This document shows positions 27,957-36,820 of a stretch of 64,000 nucleotides of DNA, in pieces. The notes below the pieces were generated by a model, which ran no database searches, was not told the DNA's origin, and saw only the letters and a program-made list of their open reading frames with translations. The DNA comes from a virus (taxonomy: Duplodnaviria; Caudoviricetes). The translations under genes and the position numbers were made by a program. The stretch covers positions 23,510 through 87,509 of IMG/VR virus record IMGVR_UViG_2675903038_000001. The stretch is one strand, 5' to 3'. Positions within the stretch are counted from its first letter, which is position 1. Each line of letters starts with the position of its first letter.

Positions 27957-28877
27957 ATGAACGACGCGGAGATACTTGCAGCGACACCAGATTACATAAG
28001 CATCGGGAGCATGCTCAAGGCAACTCCTGCGATGGAGTCTGGGCAGCGTCTGATTTATCTGGAAGCGAGCAACGAGGCGCTTGACCAGCAGAATGAAGTG
28101 GTTCTGCAGAAAGCGCTCAAGGATAGCGCGGACTGGTTTCTACGCTACGGAAATCTGGATATCGACCATTTCAGTTTGATCGGCAAGCCCAATCCGGCCA
28201 AAGGGTATGCAGGCATACCGGATTATCAGAACTACGAGATTGGTAGACCGCTTGATGTCCGCTTTGATGGTGCCAAGACATTTGTTAAAGGCGAGATTTA
28301 TTCTGGTCAAGGTGTTGCCGCTGAACAGGCCAATCAATTCTGGGAAAGCTTGACTGAAATACAGCCTCCAGCGAGATGGTATCCGAGCGTTGGCGGATCA
28401 ATTCTTGAGCGATCCGTTGAAATTGATGCAGGCACCCAGGCACGCAAAAACATGATCAAGAAAGTGCGCTGGTCGAATATAGGCTTTAGCAAAACGCCAG
28501 TCAATCCAGCGGTTCCCACAGTGGCCACCGTTCCCATAGGTGTGCTCGTCAAGAGCTGGGGGGCATCCGGTCTTGATATCGCCAAGGCGTTGGAAGCAGG
28601 TTACGGCACGGATTCCGCTCAATTGTCGGGCGGCGCGGCATTGCGCAAGCAATCCCTGCATGGCAATCCCATTGGATATTTTGAATTACGCAATCGCTTA
28701 TCGGAGGCTTTGCATAAAGGCAGTCTCGGTAAGAACCCAGGGATACGTGACCTGGTTGCGCATTGCACGCAGAAGTTCGGGTTGTCTCGGGACGAGGCCG
28801 CCGAATGTGTTGAGCGCTTCATGCGCGATTTAAAACGTGGGTTGAAAAATCGCCAGGCAATCAGGTCGGGCGGGTAA
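27957..28877 (+). CDS. Prohead protease
   Basis: ASNEALDQQNE, IDH, PSVGG, TPVNP motifs; position before scaffold and capsid. Confidence 0.8.
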   Translation: MNDAEILAATPDYISIGSMLKATPAMESGQRLIYLEASNEALDQQNEVVLQKALKDSADWFLRYGNLDIDHFSLIGKPNPAKGYAGIPDYQNYEIGRPLDVRFDGAKTFVKGEIYSGQGVAAEQANQFWESLTEIQPPARWYPSVGGSILERSVEIDAGTQARKNMIKKVRWSNIGFSKTPVNPAVPTVATVPIGVLVKSWGASGLDIAKALEAGYGTDSAQLSGGAALRKQSLHGNPIGYFELRNRLSEALHKGSLGKNPGIRDLVAHCTQKFGLSRDEAAECVERFMRDLKRGLKNRQAIRSGG

Positions 28878-28888
28878 TAAACGGAGAT

Positions 28889-29542
28889 ATGGAGAAAATT
28901 ATGAGTTTTGAAAAACTGTTAGACGAACTCGAAACCATGAGCAAGGCCATGCCATCCGACGACACTGGCGAGGATGATAAAAAGATCCAAGCTGCGGCGG
29001 CTGAAGGTGGTGAAGGCGATGTGAGTGATGAGAATGAAAATGTCGATGGAAATGAAGAAGAAAGCGACGACGATCTAAGTGACGATGAAGTGGAAGTTGG
29101 AGATGAAAACATGACCAAATCATTTCAATTCACCCTTGATAGCGGAGAAATCATTGAAGCGCAAGACGGAACCAAGCTGGTTAAGTCGTTGATGAATCGT
29201 ATCGAGAAGAATGAAGGAACGTTGACTAAAGCGCTTGGCACTGCGGTCACGCTCATCAAATCACAGGGAGACATGATTAAGTCTCTACAGGAAAAGATCG
29301 GCCAATTGTCCGGTCAAGGTCGCGGACGCAAGGCGGTTGTTAGCGTCGTGGAGAAGAAGTCCGCTGCTCTCGTTAAGTCTGTTCAGGAAGAAGAAGGCAT
29401 GTCTGCAAATGAATTCATGACAAAGGCATTGAGCGCGCAAGCTTCCGGAAAAATAACCGGCAATGACGTGGCTCGCGCGGAAGCGTATCTGAACAAGGGC
29501 ATGCCGATTCCGTCGGACATCGTTAGCAGAGTAATCAGCTAA
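28889..29542 (+). CDS. Scaffolding protein
   Basis: Acidic low-complexity and coiled segments, seven h-x-K-[AS] sites, directly upstream of the capsid gene. Confidence 0.72.
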   Translation: MEKIMSFEKLLDELETMSKAMPSDDTGEDDKKIQAAAAEGGEGDVSDENENVDGNEEESDDDLSDDEVEVGDENMTKSFQFTLDSGEIIEAQDGTKLVKSLMNRIEKNEGTLTKALGTAVTLIKSQGDMIKSLQEKIGQLSGQGRGRKAVVSVVEKKSAALVKSVQEEEGMSANEFMTKALSAQASGKITGNDVARAEAYLNKGMPIPSDIVSRVIS

Positions 29543-29587
29543 GTTCCCGTATCGTTATCATTAGTCACTAAGTTAAGGAAAATTATA

Positions 29588-31048
29588 ATGAATCCACAAG
29601 TAATCCAATCTTTGACCGGCAATGCATCAGGTACTGGTCAGATGTCGTTGGGGGATGTTCAAGATTTGCAGAAGGCGCTTGAAGCGGGTTACGGTACTGA
29701 TGTTGCGCAGCTGACTGGTGGCGGTGCGCTGCGTATTCAATCGCTCGAAAAAACCATGCTGTCCACTATCCAGGAGAATAAGCATTTTGCTTTATTCAAC
29801 GAGCTGCAAAAAACCAATGCAACGGCTACGGTAGATGAATGGACTGAGCAATCAGGCGTTGGCGGTAGATTAGGCGGATCGACTAATACTGAGACGGGCA
29901 ATATCCGTGTGGCGCAAGGTCAGTACAATCGTCGTACCGGCATGGTCAAATATCTGATGACCCGTCGCGAGGTGTCTTTCGTGCAAACACTGCAAAATGC
30001 GATTGCGGATGCCGAGGCAGTTGAAGCTCAGAACGGCGCATTGCAGTTGCTGACGGATGCCGAATACCTGTGCTTTGAGGGCGATTCCACGGTTGTTCCT
30101 ACCGAGTATGACGGATTGCGCGCATTGCTGTTGGATGGTGTTGATGCTGGTCAAGTCTCGGCGGATAACATCCTGGACGCAGAGGGTCAATCGCTTGCGT
30201 CTATTGATTTGGTAAGCAAAGCGGCTGCGCAGATTGCCGGATACGGTAACTTCGGTACGCCCACTCACCTTTTCATGAGCCAGCTTACCCAATCAGATTT
30301 TGATATCGGGCTTGATCCCGCATGGCGCGTACCGTTAACCGATGTGCCTGGAGGCGGTATCAGCCTGGGTTCTCCAGTTGTAGGTATTCGCACGAGCTGG
30401 GGCAATATCAAAACGGTAAATGACGTATTTATCCGTGACGAGCGGCAGCAAATGCCTTTTGAGGTGAGTAATCCTGCGGAAGCTGCCGAAATGGATACGA
30501 TTAAGCCTGCTTCCGTGGCTGGTGTGGCTACAAGTGATGTGAGCTCCAAGTTTGGCGCTGCGCATGACGGCAATTATTACTACTTTGTAACCGGCGTCAA
30601 TGCTTCCGGCGAGTCAACCGGTAAGGCATCTGCTCAGGTCGCTGTGGCGGTTGGCGATAAAGTCACGCTGACCATTACCGCATCGGCTGGTGGAGCAGAA
30701 ACTGGCTATGTGATCTATCGTAGCCGCCTGAATGGGACGGCCAACGCTAATGATGTCCGTCAGATGGCACGAGTAGCAAAAGCAGGTGCTACCACAACCT
30801 ACATCGATCTGAACCGTGAAATCCCCGGTTCATCCAGCGCTTATATTCTGAATATGGCGCCTGGCGCAATGGCGATCACCTGGAGACAGTTGCTGCCTAT
30901 GCTGAAATTCCCGCTTTACCCAACGGTTAGCGCGGTTGTTCCTTGGGCGCAATTGCTATTCGGCTATCTTCGTATTGGTAAACGCCGTCACCATGTCCTT
31001 ATCAAGAACATCGTGAGCAACGGTGCGATGTGGAAGCCATTCGCGTAA
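29588..31048 (+). CDS. Major capsid protein (SPO1/Twort-like)
   Basis: KALEAGYGTD...GGALRIQSLE N-terminus, FEGDS...EYDGL, GNFGTPTHLFM. Confidence 0.9.
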   Translation: MNPQVIQSLTGNASGTGQMSLGDVQDLQKALEAGYGTDVAQLTGGGALRIQSLEKTMLSTIQENKHFALFNELQKTNATATVDEWTEQSGVGGRLGGSTNTETGNIRVAQGQYNRRTGMVKYLMTRREVSFVQTLQNAIADAEAVEAQNGALQLLTDAEYLCFEGDSTVVPTEYDGLRALLLDGVDAGQVSADNILDAEGQSLASIDLVSKAAAQIAGYGNFGTPTHLFMSQLTQSDFDIGLDPAWRVPLTDVPGGGISLGSPVVGIRTSWGNIKTVNDVFIRDERQQMPFEVSNPAEAAEMDTIKPASVAGVATSDVSSKFGAAHDGNYYYFVTGVNASGESTGKASAQVAVAVGDKVTLTITASAGGAETGYVIYRSRLNGTANANDVRQMARVAKAGATTTYIDLNREIPGSSSAYILNMAPGAMAITWRQLLPMLKFPLYPTVSAVVPWAQLLFGYLRIGKRRHHVLIKNIVSNGAMWKPFA

Positions 31049-31061
31049 TCAGCAATTAAAT

Positions 31062-31093
31062 CTCAGCAGGAATCCTTTTGGTTTCCTGTTGAG
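31062..31093 (+). terminator. Hairpin after the capsid gene (weak terminator or stabiliser)
   Basis: CTCAGCAGGAA...TTCCTGTTGAG inverted repeat. Confidence 0.5.
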
Positions 31094-31110
31094 TTACGGG
31101 AGATAGTGGA

Positions 31111-31428
31111 ATGGTTAAGAAATTACTTTGCACCTTGCCTAATGCGTCGAGCAATATTAACGGGATTGAATTTGAATCTTATAAGTTAGGCGGCATGGTA
31201 TCGGTCGATCCGGTTGATAAATTGGATCAGACGGTAGTTCATAGATTTCTGAAAGTTGGTGGATACAAGCTGATTGACGTGGATAAAGAGCCTTCTAATG
31301 GAAAGCAGGAGGGAGAAATGACCAGTGATGAATCAGCAGTCCATTCGCCTGAGAGTCAATCTGTCCTCGTCAACAAACCACACAAGAAGACTGGTCGCTC
31401 AAAAGACAAGGAAATAACAAATGAATAA
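31111..31428 (+). CDS. Hypothetical virion-associated protein
   Basis: ORF following the capsid gene, GGGAG RBS. Confidence 0.65.
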   Translation: MVKKLLCTLPNASSNINGIEFESYKLGGMVSVDPVDKLDQTVVHRFLKVGGYKLIDVDKEPSNGKQEGEMTSDESAVHSPESQSVLVNKPHKKTGRSKDKEITNE

Positions 31429-31639
31429 ATTACAAGAGAAGCGCATTCTGAATAATATGACACCAGGCGCTAAGAAAGTGTCTTTGGGAGAGCGACTGAT
31501 CGAATTGGAGGAAACAGTTGCCGCATTGCCAAGACAGGCTGCTGCTGTTGATAATGCGGCGGGAGCAAATCCTACCAAAGCAGAATTTGATGCTCTATTA
31601 AGTGCGCTCAGGGCATCTGGCGTTATAGCGTCATCGTAA
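31421..31639 (+). CDS. Head fibre/decoration-like protein
   Basis: QAAAVDNAAG...EFDALLSALRASGVIA terminus typical of phage head fibre proteins. Confidence 0.65.
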   Translation: MNKLQEKRILNNMTPGAKKVSLGERLIELEETVAALPRQAAAVDNAAGANPTKAEFDALLSALRASGVIASS

Positions 31640-31980
31640 TGACTATGAGATCCCTGGATAGAGACACCAAAGCTTCGGTTTCTCAGCATGGAACCGAAGG
31701 CGCGTCACACGTTTATCCGGTTGCGCGCATACTGTCATCGCAATCTGTTGCAATCGGCGCATCGTCAGTGCAGTCTGCTTCTATTAATACGCGGACTGTG
31801 CGCCTTTGCTCAACCGTGGATGTTTACATTGCCTTCGGCGATAACCCAGTGGCAACCGGCGCATCAATGCTGTTACCTGCTGGAGCTGTCGAGTACTTTC
31901 AGATCGACAAAGGCAGTAAGATCGCATGTCTGAGAGTGTTTGCCGATGGCACCTTGTCAGTAAGTGCGGCGAGGATTTGA
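31639..31980 (+). CDS. Hypothetical virion protein
   Basis: Beta-rich 113 aa, translationally coupled. Confidence 0.6.
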   Translation: MTMRSLDRDTKASVSQHGTEGASHVYPVARILSSQSVAIGASSVQSASINTRTVRLCSTVDVYIAFGDNPVATGASMLLPAGAVEYFQIDKGSKIACLRVFADGTLSVSAARI

Positions 31981-31983
31981 TTC

Positions 31984-33024
31984 ATGCTTATGCGAATCGG
32001 TGCACTTAATGTGCCTGTCAGGAGAGCGATAAAATTTAATCTAAAAGCTCTGTTTGCAAACGGTGAGCAAGGTTTTTGGAATGATCCGCAAGATTTATCT
32101 GCGATGTTTCAAGATTCAGCAGACACAACTCCAGCGGTACTTGGTCAGCCGGTCGGTAAAATACTCGATAAATCTGGTAATGAAAATCACGCAACTCAAG
32201 TCACAACGTCCAAAAAACCGATACTAAAGAGGCAGCCGACGAGCGGTATACGAAACGTTGTGGGCGATAGTGAAGATAATACTACGTTGCTGTGGACTAA
32301 AAGTCGGGTCACGGTCAATACTGCCAGCATTACTGAAACTACTAGTTTCGGAGTTCACACACTTTCGCCAACGACCACTATCCCAAATCTGCTTGTTGGT
32401 GATACGTGTACGGTATCATGTGACGTTAGACAAATTTCTGGAAGCAGAAGGGCGCTATTATATTTAGCTGGTTCTTTTGTTGGTAGATTTGCAAATTTTA
32501 ATTTCGATACGAAAAATATTGCAACAAGTGCGGGAGTTAGTGCGGGTTATATAGATCTCGGTGGCGGTGTATATAAACTCTGGCTTACATCTCAAAGCAT
32601 GAATGATGGTAGTGGTTTAGCTGGTATTAGAATTACTGACAATGACACAGCTGCATTCAGGGAGTACACAGGGGATGGTATTTCCACAATTGGAGTTACA
32701 AATTTTCAGTTCGAAAAAGGTGCACTTACAGATTATCAAAAAGCAATTGGTGGGTACGATGTATATGAGTCTGGATATAACCAAGTTTACTGGCTTGATT
32801 ACGACGGCGTAGATGATGCGCTGGTTTCTACCAATCCAGACTTAGGTGCGAATGCAACCCGAGCTATGGCGACAATTGGCGGCGCAGTAATTGAGCAGGG
32901 GTTGACGCTCGGTGCAAATCAAACACTCAATACAGACAGCCTTGGGCTGATACTGATCAATCGCGCACTCACGGCTGATGAGCTGACTGCGATAACCAGT
33001 TTTTACAACGAAATGGTGGCGTGA
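31984..33024 (+). CDS. Putative head fibre / lectin-like protein
   Basis: GFWNDPQDLSAMFQD...DKSGNENHA and YDGVDD flanks around a carbohydrate-binding-like insert; paralogous to the C-terminus of 50226-52829. Confidence 0.7.
   Translation: MLMRIGALNVPVRRAIKFNLKALFANGEQGFWNDPQDLSAMFQDSADTTPAVLGQPVGKILDKSGNENHATQVTTSKKPILKRQPTSGIRNVVGDSEDNTTLLWTKSRVTVNTASITETTSFGVHTLSPTTTIPNLLVGDTCTVSCDVRQISGSRRALLYLAGSFVGRFANFNFDTKNIATSAGVSAGYIDLGGGVYKLWLTSQSMNDGSGLAGIRITDNDTAAFREYTGDGISTIGVTNFQFEKGALTDYQKAIGGYDVYESGYNQVYWLDYDGVDDALVSTNPDLGANATRAMATIGGAVIEQGLTLGANQTLNTDSLGLILINRALTADELTAITSFYNEMVA
32050..32258 (+). repeat. Dispersed repeat A (second copy ~51795-52005)
   Basis: High DNA and protein similarity, e.g. 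ATACTCGATAAATC.GGTAATG.AAA.CACGCAACTCAAG.CACAACGTCCAAAAAACCGATACTAAAG. Confidence 0.85.
32755..32938 (+). repeat. Dispersed repeat B (second copy ~52557-52740)
   Basis: YDVYE.GYNQVYWLDYD.VDDALVSTNPDLG.NATRA.ATIGGAVIEQGLTLGAN in both genes. Confidence 0.85.
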
Positions 33025-33371
33025 TGTTATACAACCTGCTGGTTTCAGCTGAGCACAAATCCATTGCCGAGGATGTCGGGCGCATTATTGATCCTGATGT
33101 GGGTGGTGCGTTTACTTTTTCTGTGCGATTGTCATCTGATGGCCAAGAGCCTGCAACTCATTATGCCTGCAGAACATATCTGAGAGAGCAGACACATCAA
33201 GCGCTGACGCAGCTGGATGCTGCGCAACTCAAGGTACTGCTGGATCAAATGGCTGCAGATCGTGGACGTGATCCTGTGGGAGATATTGCCGGATGGCCGT
33301 ATTCTCTGGTCATTGACGACGGCGATTTTTACCAACTCATCCAGACGCAAGGTCTTCAGTTGATTTTGTGA
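33021..33371 (+). CDS. Hypothetical protein (fibre-associated)
   Basis: FSVRLSSDGQEPATHY motif; coupled to the upstream gene. Confidence 0.6.
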   Translation: MMLYNLLVSAEHKSIAEDVGRIIDPDVGGAFTFSVRLSSDGQEPATHYACRTYLREQTHQALTQLDAAQLKVLLDQMAADRGRDPVGDIAGWPYSLVIDDGDFYQLIQTQGLQLIL

Positions 33372-33390
33372 TTTGTCGTAGGAGGTTAAA

Positions 33391-34173
33391 TTGAGTTCTC
33401 TATTTCCAGATTTAGCTGCCACAACAGCATCATTGAGGCAAGATCAATTAATGCTGGCTTCAAAATATGCTTTGCCCAATTCATCCAGCCTGTCGGATGA
33501 CTACCTGAATTCAAAGTTGATAGCTGCTGAAGCTGATGCATCCAGGCAATTGAGAATCTATTTTGAACCAACGCTCATTATTCCTGACGATGCGCTTCAA
33601 GATGAGATTGACGCATTGGAGGCAGCCAACACGAAATATGCTCAGGAAGCAGCATATGACTATGATGCTCATTTCTTTATGGGTGAACGATGGGGATACA
33701 TTGTCACAAAAGAAAAGCCGATTATTTCTGTGCAATCAATCAAGTTTGCCTATCCTGCTCCTACCAATCAGGTGTTTGAAGTTCCGCGATCATGGATCAG
33801 GCTGGATAAAAAATTTGGTCATATCCGGCTGGTTCCTGCTTCTCAGTCTTTCTCTGCTCCATTGTCCGCATTCATCATGCAGGCACTGGGAGGCGGCAGG
33901 ACCGTGCCATTTATGATCCATGTGCGTTACACGGCTGGATTGGGTAACCCTAATCAGGACTACCCGGACTTGGCTGATCTGGTCAAGAAAATGGCTATCT
34001 TGAGGATAATGCAGGATGCTTTCCTGCCGCAATCCGGGTCGATCTCATCTGACGGGCTAAGTCAATCAATGAGCGTGGATATGCAAAAGTGGCATGATGG
34101 AATTGAAGACAAGCTGGATGCATTGAGGGATGCTATGCATGGCCCTAGAATTGCCTTTCTGGGGCATGTTTAA
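33391..34173 (+). CDS. Head-tail adaptor/neck protein
   Basis: YTAG, SISSDGLSQS motif; GGAGG RBS; position after the head genes. Confidence 0.7.
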   Translation: MSSLFPDLAATTASLRQDQLMLASKYALPNSSSLSDDYLNSKLIAAEADASRQLRIYFEPTLIIPDDALQDEIDALEAANTKYAQEAAYDYDAHFFMGERWGYIVTKEKPIISVQSIKFAYPAPTNQVFEVPRSWIRLDKKFGHIRLVPASQSFSAPLSAFIMQALGGGRTVPFMIHVRYTAGLGNPNQDYPDLADLVKKMAILRIMQDAFLPQSGSISSDGLSQSMSVDMQKWHDGIEDKLDALRDAMHGPRIAFLGHV

Positions 34174-34175
34174 TC

Positions 34176-34805
34176 ATGGAGTTCAGCGTTGACTGGTTCA
34201 ATGATCATCTGGCCGGGATGGGGCAGGATTTCCTGTGGCGCAAAGCTTCCATGTGCCCGTGCGTCAATCCGCATAGCGGCGCAGCTAAACCGAATTGCCC
34301 GGTGTGCGGCGGAAAGGGCAGGAGCTGGGCTAATCCAGTATCTGCTAAAGCGGGCATGGCAAGTGAGCGCGTTCTGCGTCAATGGGCGCAATTCGGCAGA
34401 TATGAGGCGGGCGATGCCGTATTGAGCGTGCCGGAAAGTTCGCTGCTTTACGATGCAGGTCAGTTTGACCGAATCACCATGCTCAATGCAACCGATCCAT
34501 TTTCACTGGTATTGCTGCGTGGGCAGAACGACAAGATCAACTTTCCGGTGAGCGGTATTGAACGAGTCTACTGGATCATTAATAACAATACCGTTGTTGA
34601 AGGTGGTATTCCTGCGGTAAATAGCAGTGGGCAGCTATCCTGGACTACTGGCGCGCCTCCTGTCGGTTCTCAATACAGCATATCGGGTACGCGGTATTCA
34701 GAGTATTTTGTATGGGATGAAATGCCGGGAGATAGAAATCACCATTATGGCGCAAGGCTGCCCAGAAAGCTCGTAACGAGAAGATTTGATCTGTTTGGGC
34801 GCTAG
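34176..34805 (+). CDS. Head closure/neck protein
   Basis: CPC...CPVCGGKG zinc-like motif as in SPO1/Twort-type neck proteins. Confidence 0.68.
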   Translation: MEFSVDWFNDHLAGMGQDFLWRKASMCPCVNPHSGAAKPNCPVCGGKGRSWANPVSAKAGMASERVLRQWAQFGRYEAGDAVLSVPESSLLYDAGQFDRITMLNATDPFSLVLLRGQNDKINFPVSGIERVYWIINNNTVVEGGIPAVNSSGQLSWTTGAPPVGSQYSISGTRYSEYFVWDEMPGDRNHHYGARLPRKLVTRRFDLFGR

Positions 34806-35578
34806 ATAGTTCTTCGTATAGCTTCTTGAAATACCTTTTCCGCTTTCGGCTGCATGGCTTCCGCCACTGATTTTGCCAAGAATAGTCCTGGTTTGGCAGG
34901 CACGACCCAGCCATTGCTCTTCTCTGACATGACGCGGAATGTCAAGTAAGTGCTGCGTTTTGCTCCGCCTGCGCTGGTGTCGAAGCGACGCATGCCAGCA
35001 AATCGATTTGGAATAGAGTCTCCTGATAAACTCCCTCCCCATTTGTAAATATTCTGGTTGACCGTCAATCGTTTCCTTGACTGAATATCGTATGCGCCGG
35101 TGCCTGATAGACGTTGCGTTTGCCCAGTCACCATGGACGAGGACAGCGTTTTAGCCATATCATAGATTTCATTCGGCATAGCCTGTCCGGTAGCATTCGC
35201 GCCTGGCGTGTTGTGCTGGAAGGGGATGATCAGAAATCGGCTCCCTTTTTGCGATGTGCGCGCCTTCAGGCTGGTATTGAGCATGCGCTTCAAGTCTCTT
35301 GCTGGGCGTCCCCGCTCAATTTCTTTCGCGTATTTATAATCTGCCCACACTAACGCTTCGAAGTCATTGATCATCTGCCACTGAATCGTCGCTTTGTAAG
35401 CATCCTTTTCTCCTCGCCACAGTCTCGCGCGTTCCACTGATTCCAGCCAGTCGATTCTTGTTTGCTGTGCAACGGCACGAACGGCCTGATTGAGCAATGG
35501 GAATATCTCGGCTGTGATAATGCCTCTGCCTGCAGCAATCACATCTGACAAATCAACGCTGATTCTGAACTCTGCCAT
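34802..35578 (-). CDS. Putative neck/tail-completion protein, encoded on the opposite strand
   Basis: YAKEIERG...DLK, FLIIPFQH, YLTFRVMS...W; AAGGAG RBS, ATG 35578. Confidence 0.7.
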   Translation of the reverse strand: MAEFRISVDLSDVIAAGRGIITAEIFPLLNQAVRAVAQQTRIDWLESVERARLWRGEKDAYKATIQWQMINDFEALVWADYKYAKEIERGRPARDLKRMLNTSLKARTSQKGSRFLIIPFQHNTPGANATGQAMPNEIYDMAKTLSSSMVTGQTQRLSGTGAYDIQSRKRLTVNQNIYKWGGSLSGDSIPNRFAGMRRFDTSAGGAKRSTYLTFRVMSEKSNGWVVPAKPGLFLAKSVAEAMQPKAEKVFQEAIRRTI

Positions 35579-35600
35579 TGGCGGTCTCCTTGATAGGATG

Positions 35601-35616
35601 ATTTTTAGCTCACGAC
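35601..35616 (-). promoter_or_regulatory. Putative late promoter for the inverted gene
   Basis: Minus strand GTCGTGA-GCT-AAAAAT. Confidence 0.65.
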
Positions 35617-35732
35617 AACTATGTGTCACTAATTCACAATTTACGTGGATAAGGATGTGGGTAAGTGTGCTATATCCAATGCCGGTAAAGATAATTTCAT
35701 CTGCCTAAATTTGAGGCTCCATTATCTTCCGT

Positions 35733-35748
35733 GTCGTGATGCCATGAT
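35733..35748 (+). promoter_or_regulatory. Putative late promoter for the tail operon
   Basis: GTCGTGA-TGC-CATGAT-TGCAGCATC-ATG(35758). Confidence 0.68.
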
Positions 35749-35757
35749 TGCAGCATC

Positions 35758-36591
35758 ATGATCAGATTTGTTCAGCCCATCGCGTCCGGTAATGCAATCC
35801 GCCTTCTACTCAGTCTCGTTGCGGGCGCAGGCAAGTGGCGCGTGCTACGCAAAGAAACAGATGATTTTTCAGGATTCGACGATCCTAATGCGTTCCTTGT
35901 GTATGAGGGGGATGAAGGCACAGTCGTAGATCATCAGTTCTTGGTAAACGATCAGCTCTATTACTACAAAGCTTATTACTGGGTTAATAGCGCCTGGCTA
36001 GCGAGCGCAACGGCAACAGGCATGCCGCATGCTTCTTACGAAGAAGCAAGTACGGATGTCCTGAGTTTATTGCGTGACCGGCTTGATTATGGTTTTCGTG
36101 TGGAAGTCGAGCGTGGTGTCATCACACATGAATATAACGCAGTGCCGATCCTGACTGCTCCTCCCGTATTCGAGGATACGCGCTGGCCGTGCGTGACCGT
36201 GCATCTTGAGTCCGAATCCCCGGCTGAGCGCGGTCTAGGTGAGGCATTCATGCCGGATTTTTACAATCAGGATGAAGATGCCTGGGAGGTGCATGAAGGC
36301 TGGCTTGCGAGCGTGCAACTCCAGATTGTTACCTGGTCGCTGAATCCAGATGAACGTATCGAAATGCGCAAGGCAGTTCGGCGGATTATTCAAGCCAATC
36401 TGTCCCTGTTTGATCATGAGGGCATGATCAAAATAGAAACCAGCCAGCGTGATGTGGAGGACTTCACTTCATACCAGGCGCCTGTCTATCAAAGCATGTG
36501 TAGTTTTTCTTGTATCGCTCCCGCTCAAATCAGGATGGACGATCCCAATATTATTCGTCAGGTTAATTCAACCATTGTATTCACGGAGTAA
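35758..36591 (+). CDS. Putative tail terminator/completion protein
   Basis: WPCVTVHLESE motif; position before the sheath gene. Confidence 0.6.
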   Translation: MIRFVQPIASGNAIRLLLSLVAGAGKWRVLRKETDDFSGFDDPNAFLVYEGDEGTVVDHQFLVNDQLYYYKAYYWVNSAWLASATATGMPHASYEEASTDVLSLLRDRLDYGFRVEVERGVITHEYNAVPILTAPPVFEDTRWPCVTVHLESESPAERGLGEAFMPDFYNQDEDAWEVHEGWLASVQLQIVTWSLNPDERIEMRKAVRRIIQANLSLFDHEGMIKIETSQRDVEDFTSYQAPVYQSMCSFSCIAPAQIRMDDPNIIRQVNSTIVFTE

Positions 36592-36597
36592 AACATT

Positions 36598-36810
36598 ATG
36601 GCAAAGGAAAAAACGGTCACCGAAACGGTTCAAGAAAAGCCAGCTGATGCAGTCACGCTGGACGAGTTCTGCGCTCGTTTATCCGGTACAGATAAGCGTG
36701 TGGAGATGATTGGCGCTTTTAATCATGTCGAGAAGAAAGCGGGGCGCGTCAAGGATACCGAAGCGAATTTTCGCTCACGGTTCGATGCTTTTGTTAATCT
36801 ACCAGCGTAA
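36598..36810 (+). CDS. Small protein upstream of the sheath gene
   Basis: 70 aa, GGAG RBS; a small gene at this position is typical of SPO1/Twort-type tails. Confidence 0.65.
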   Translation: MAKEKTVTETVQEKPADAVTLDEFCARLSGTDKRVEMIGAFNHVEKKAGRVKDTEANFRSRFDAFVNLPA

Positions 36811-36820
36811 GAGGTAAAAC

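Noticed and set aside
33375-33390. GTCGTAG upstream of 33391 as a promoter motif
   Set aside because: Mismatched core, no NANNNT at the right spacing; explained by the GGAGG RBS
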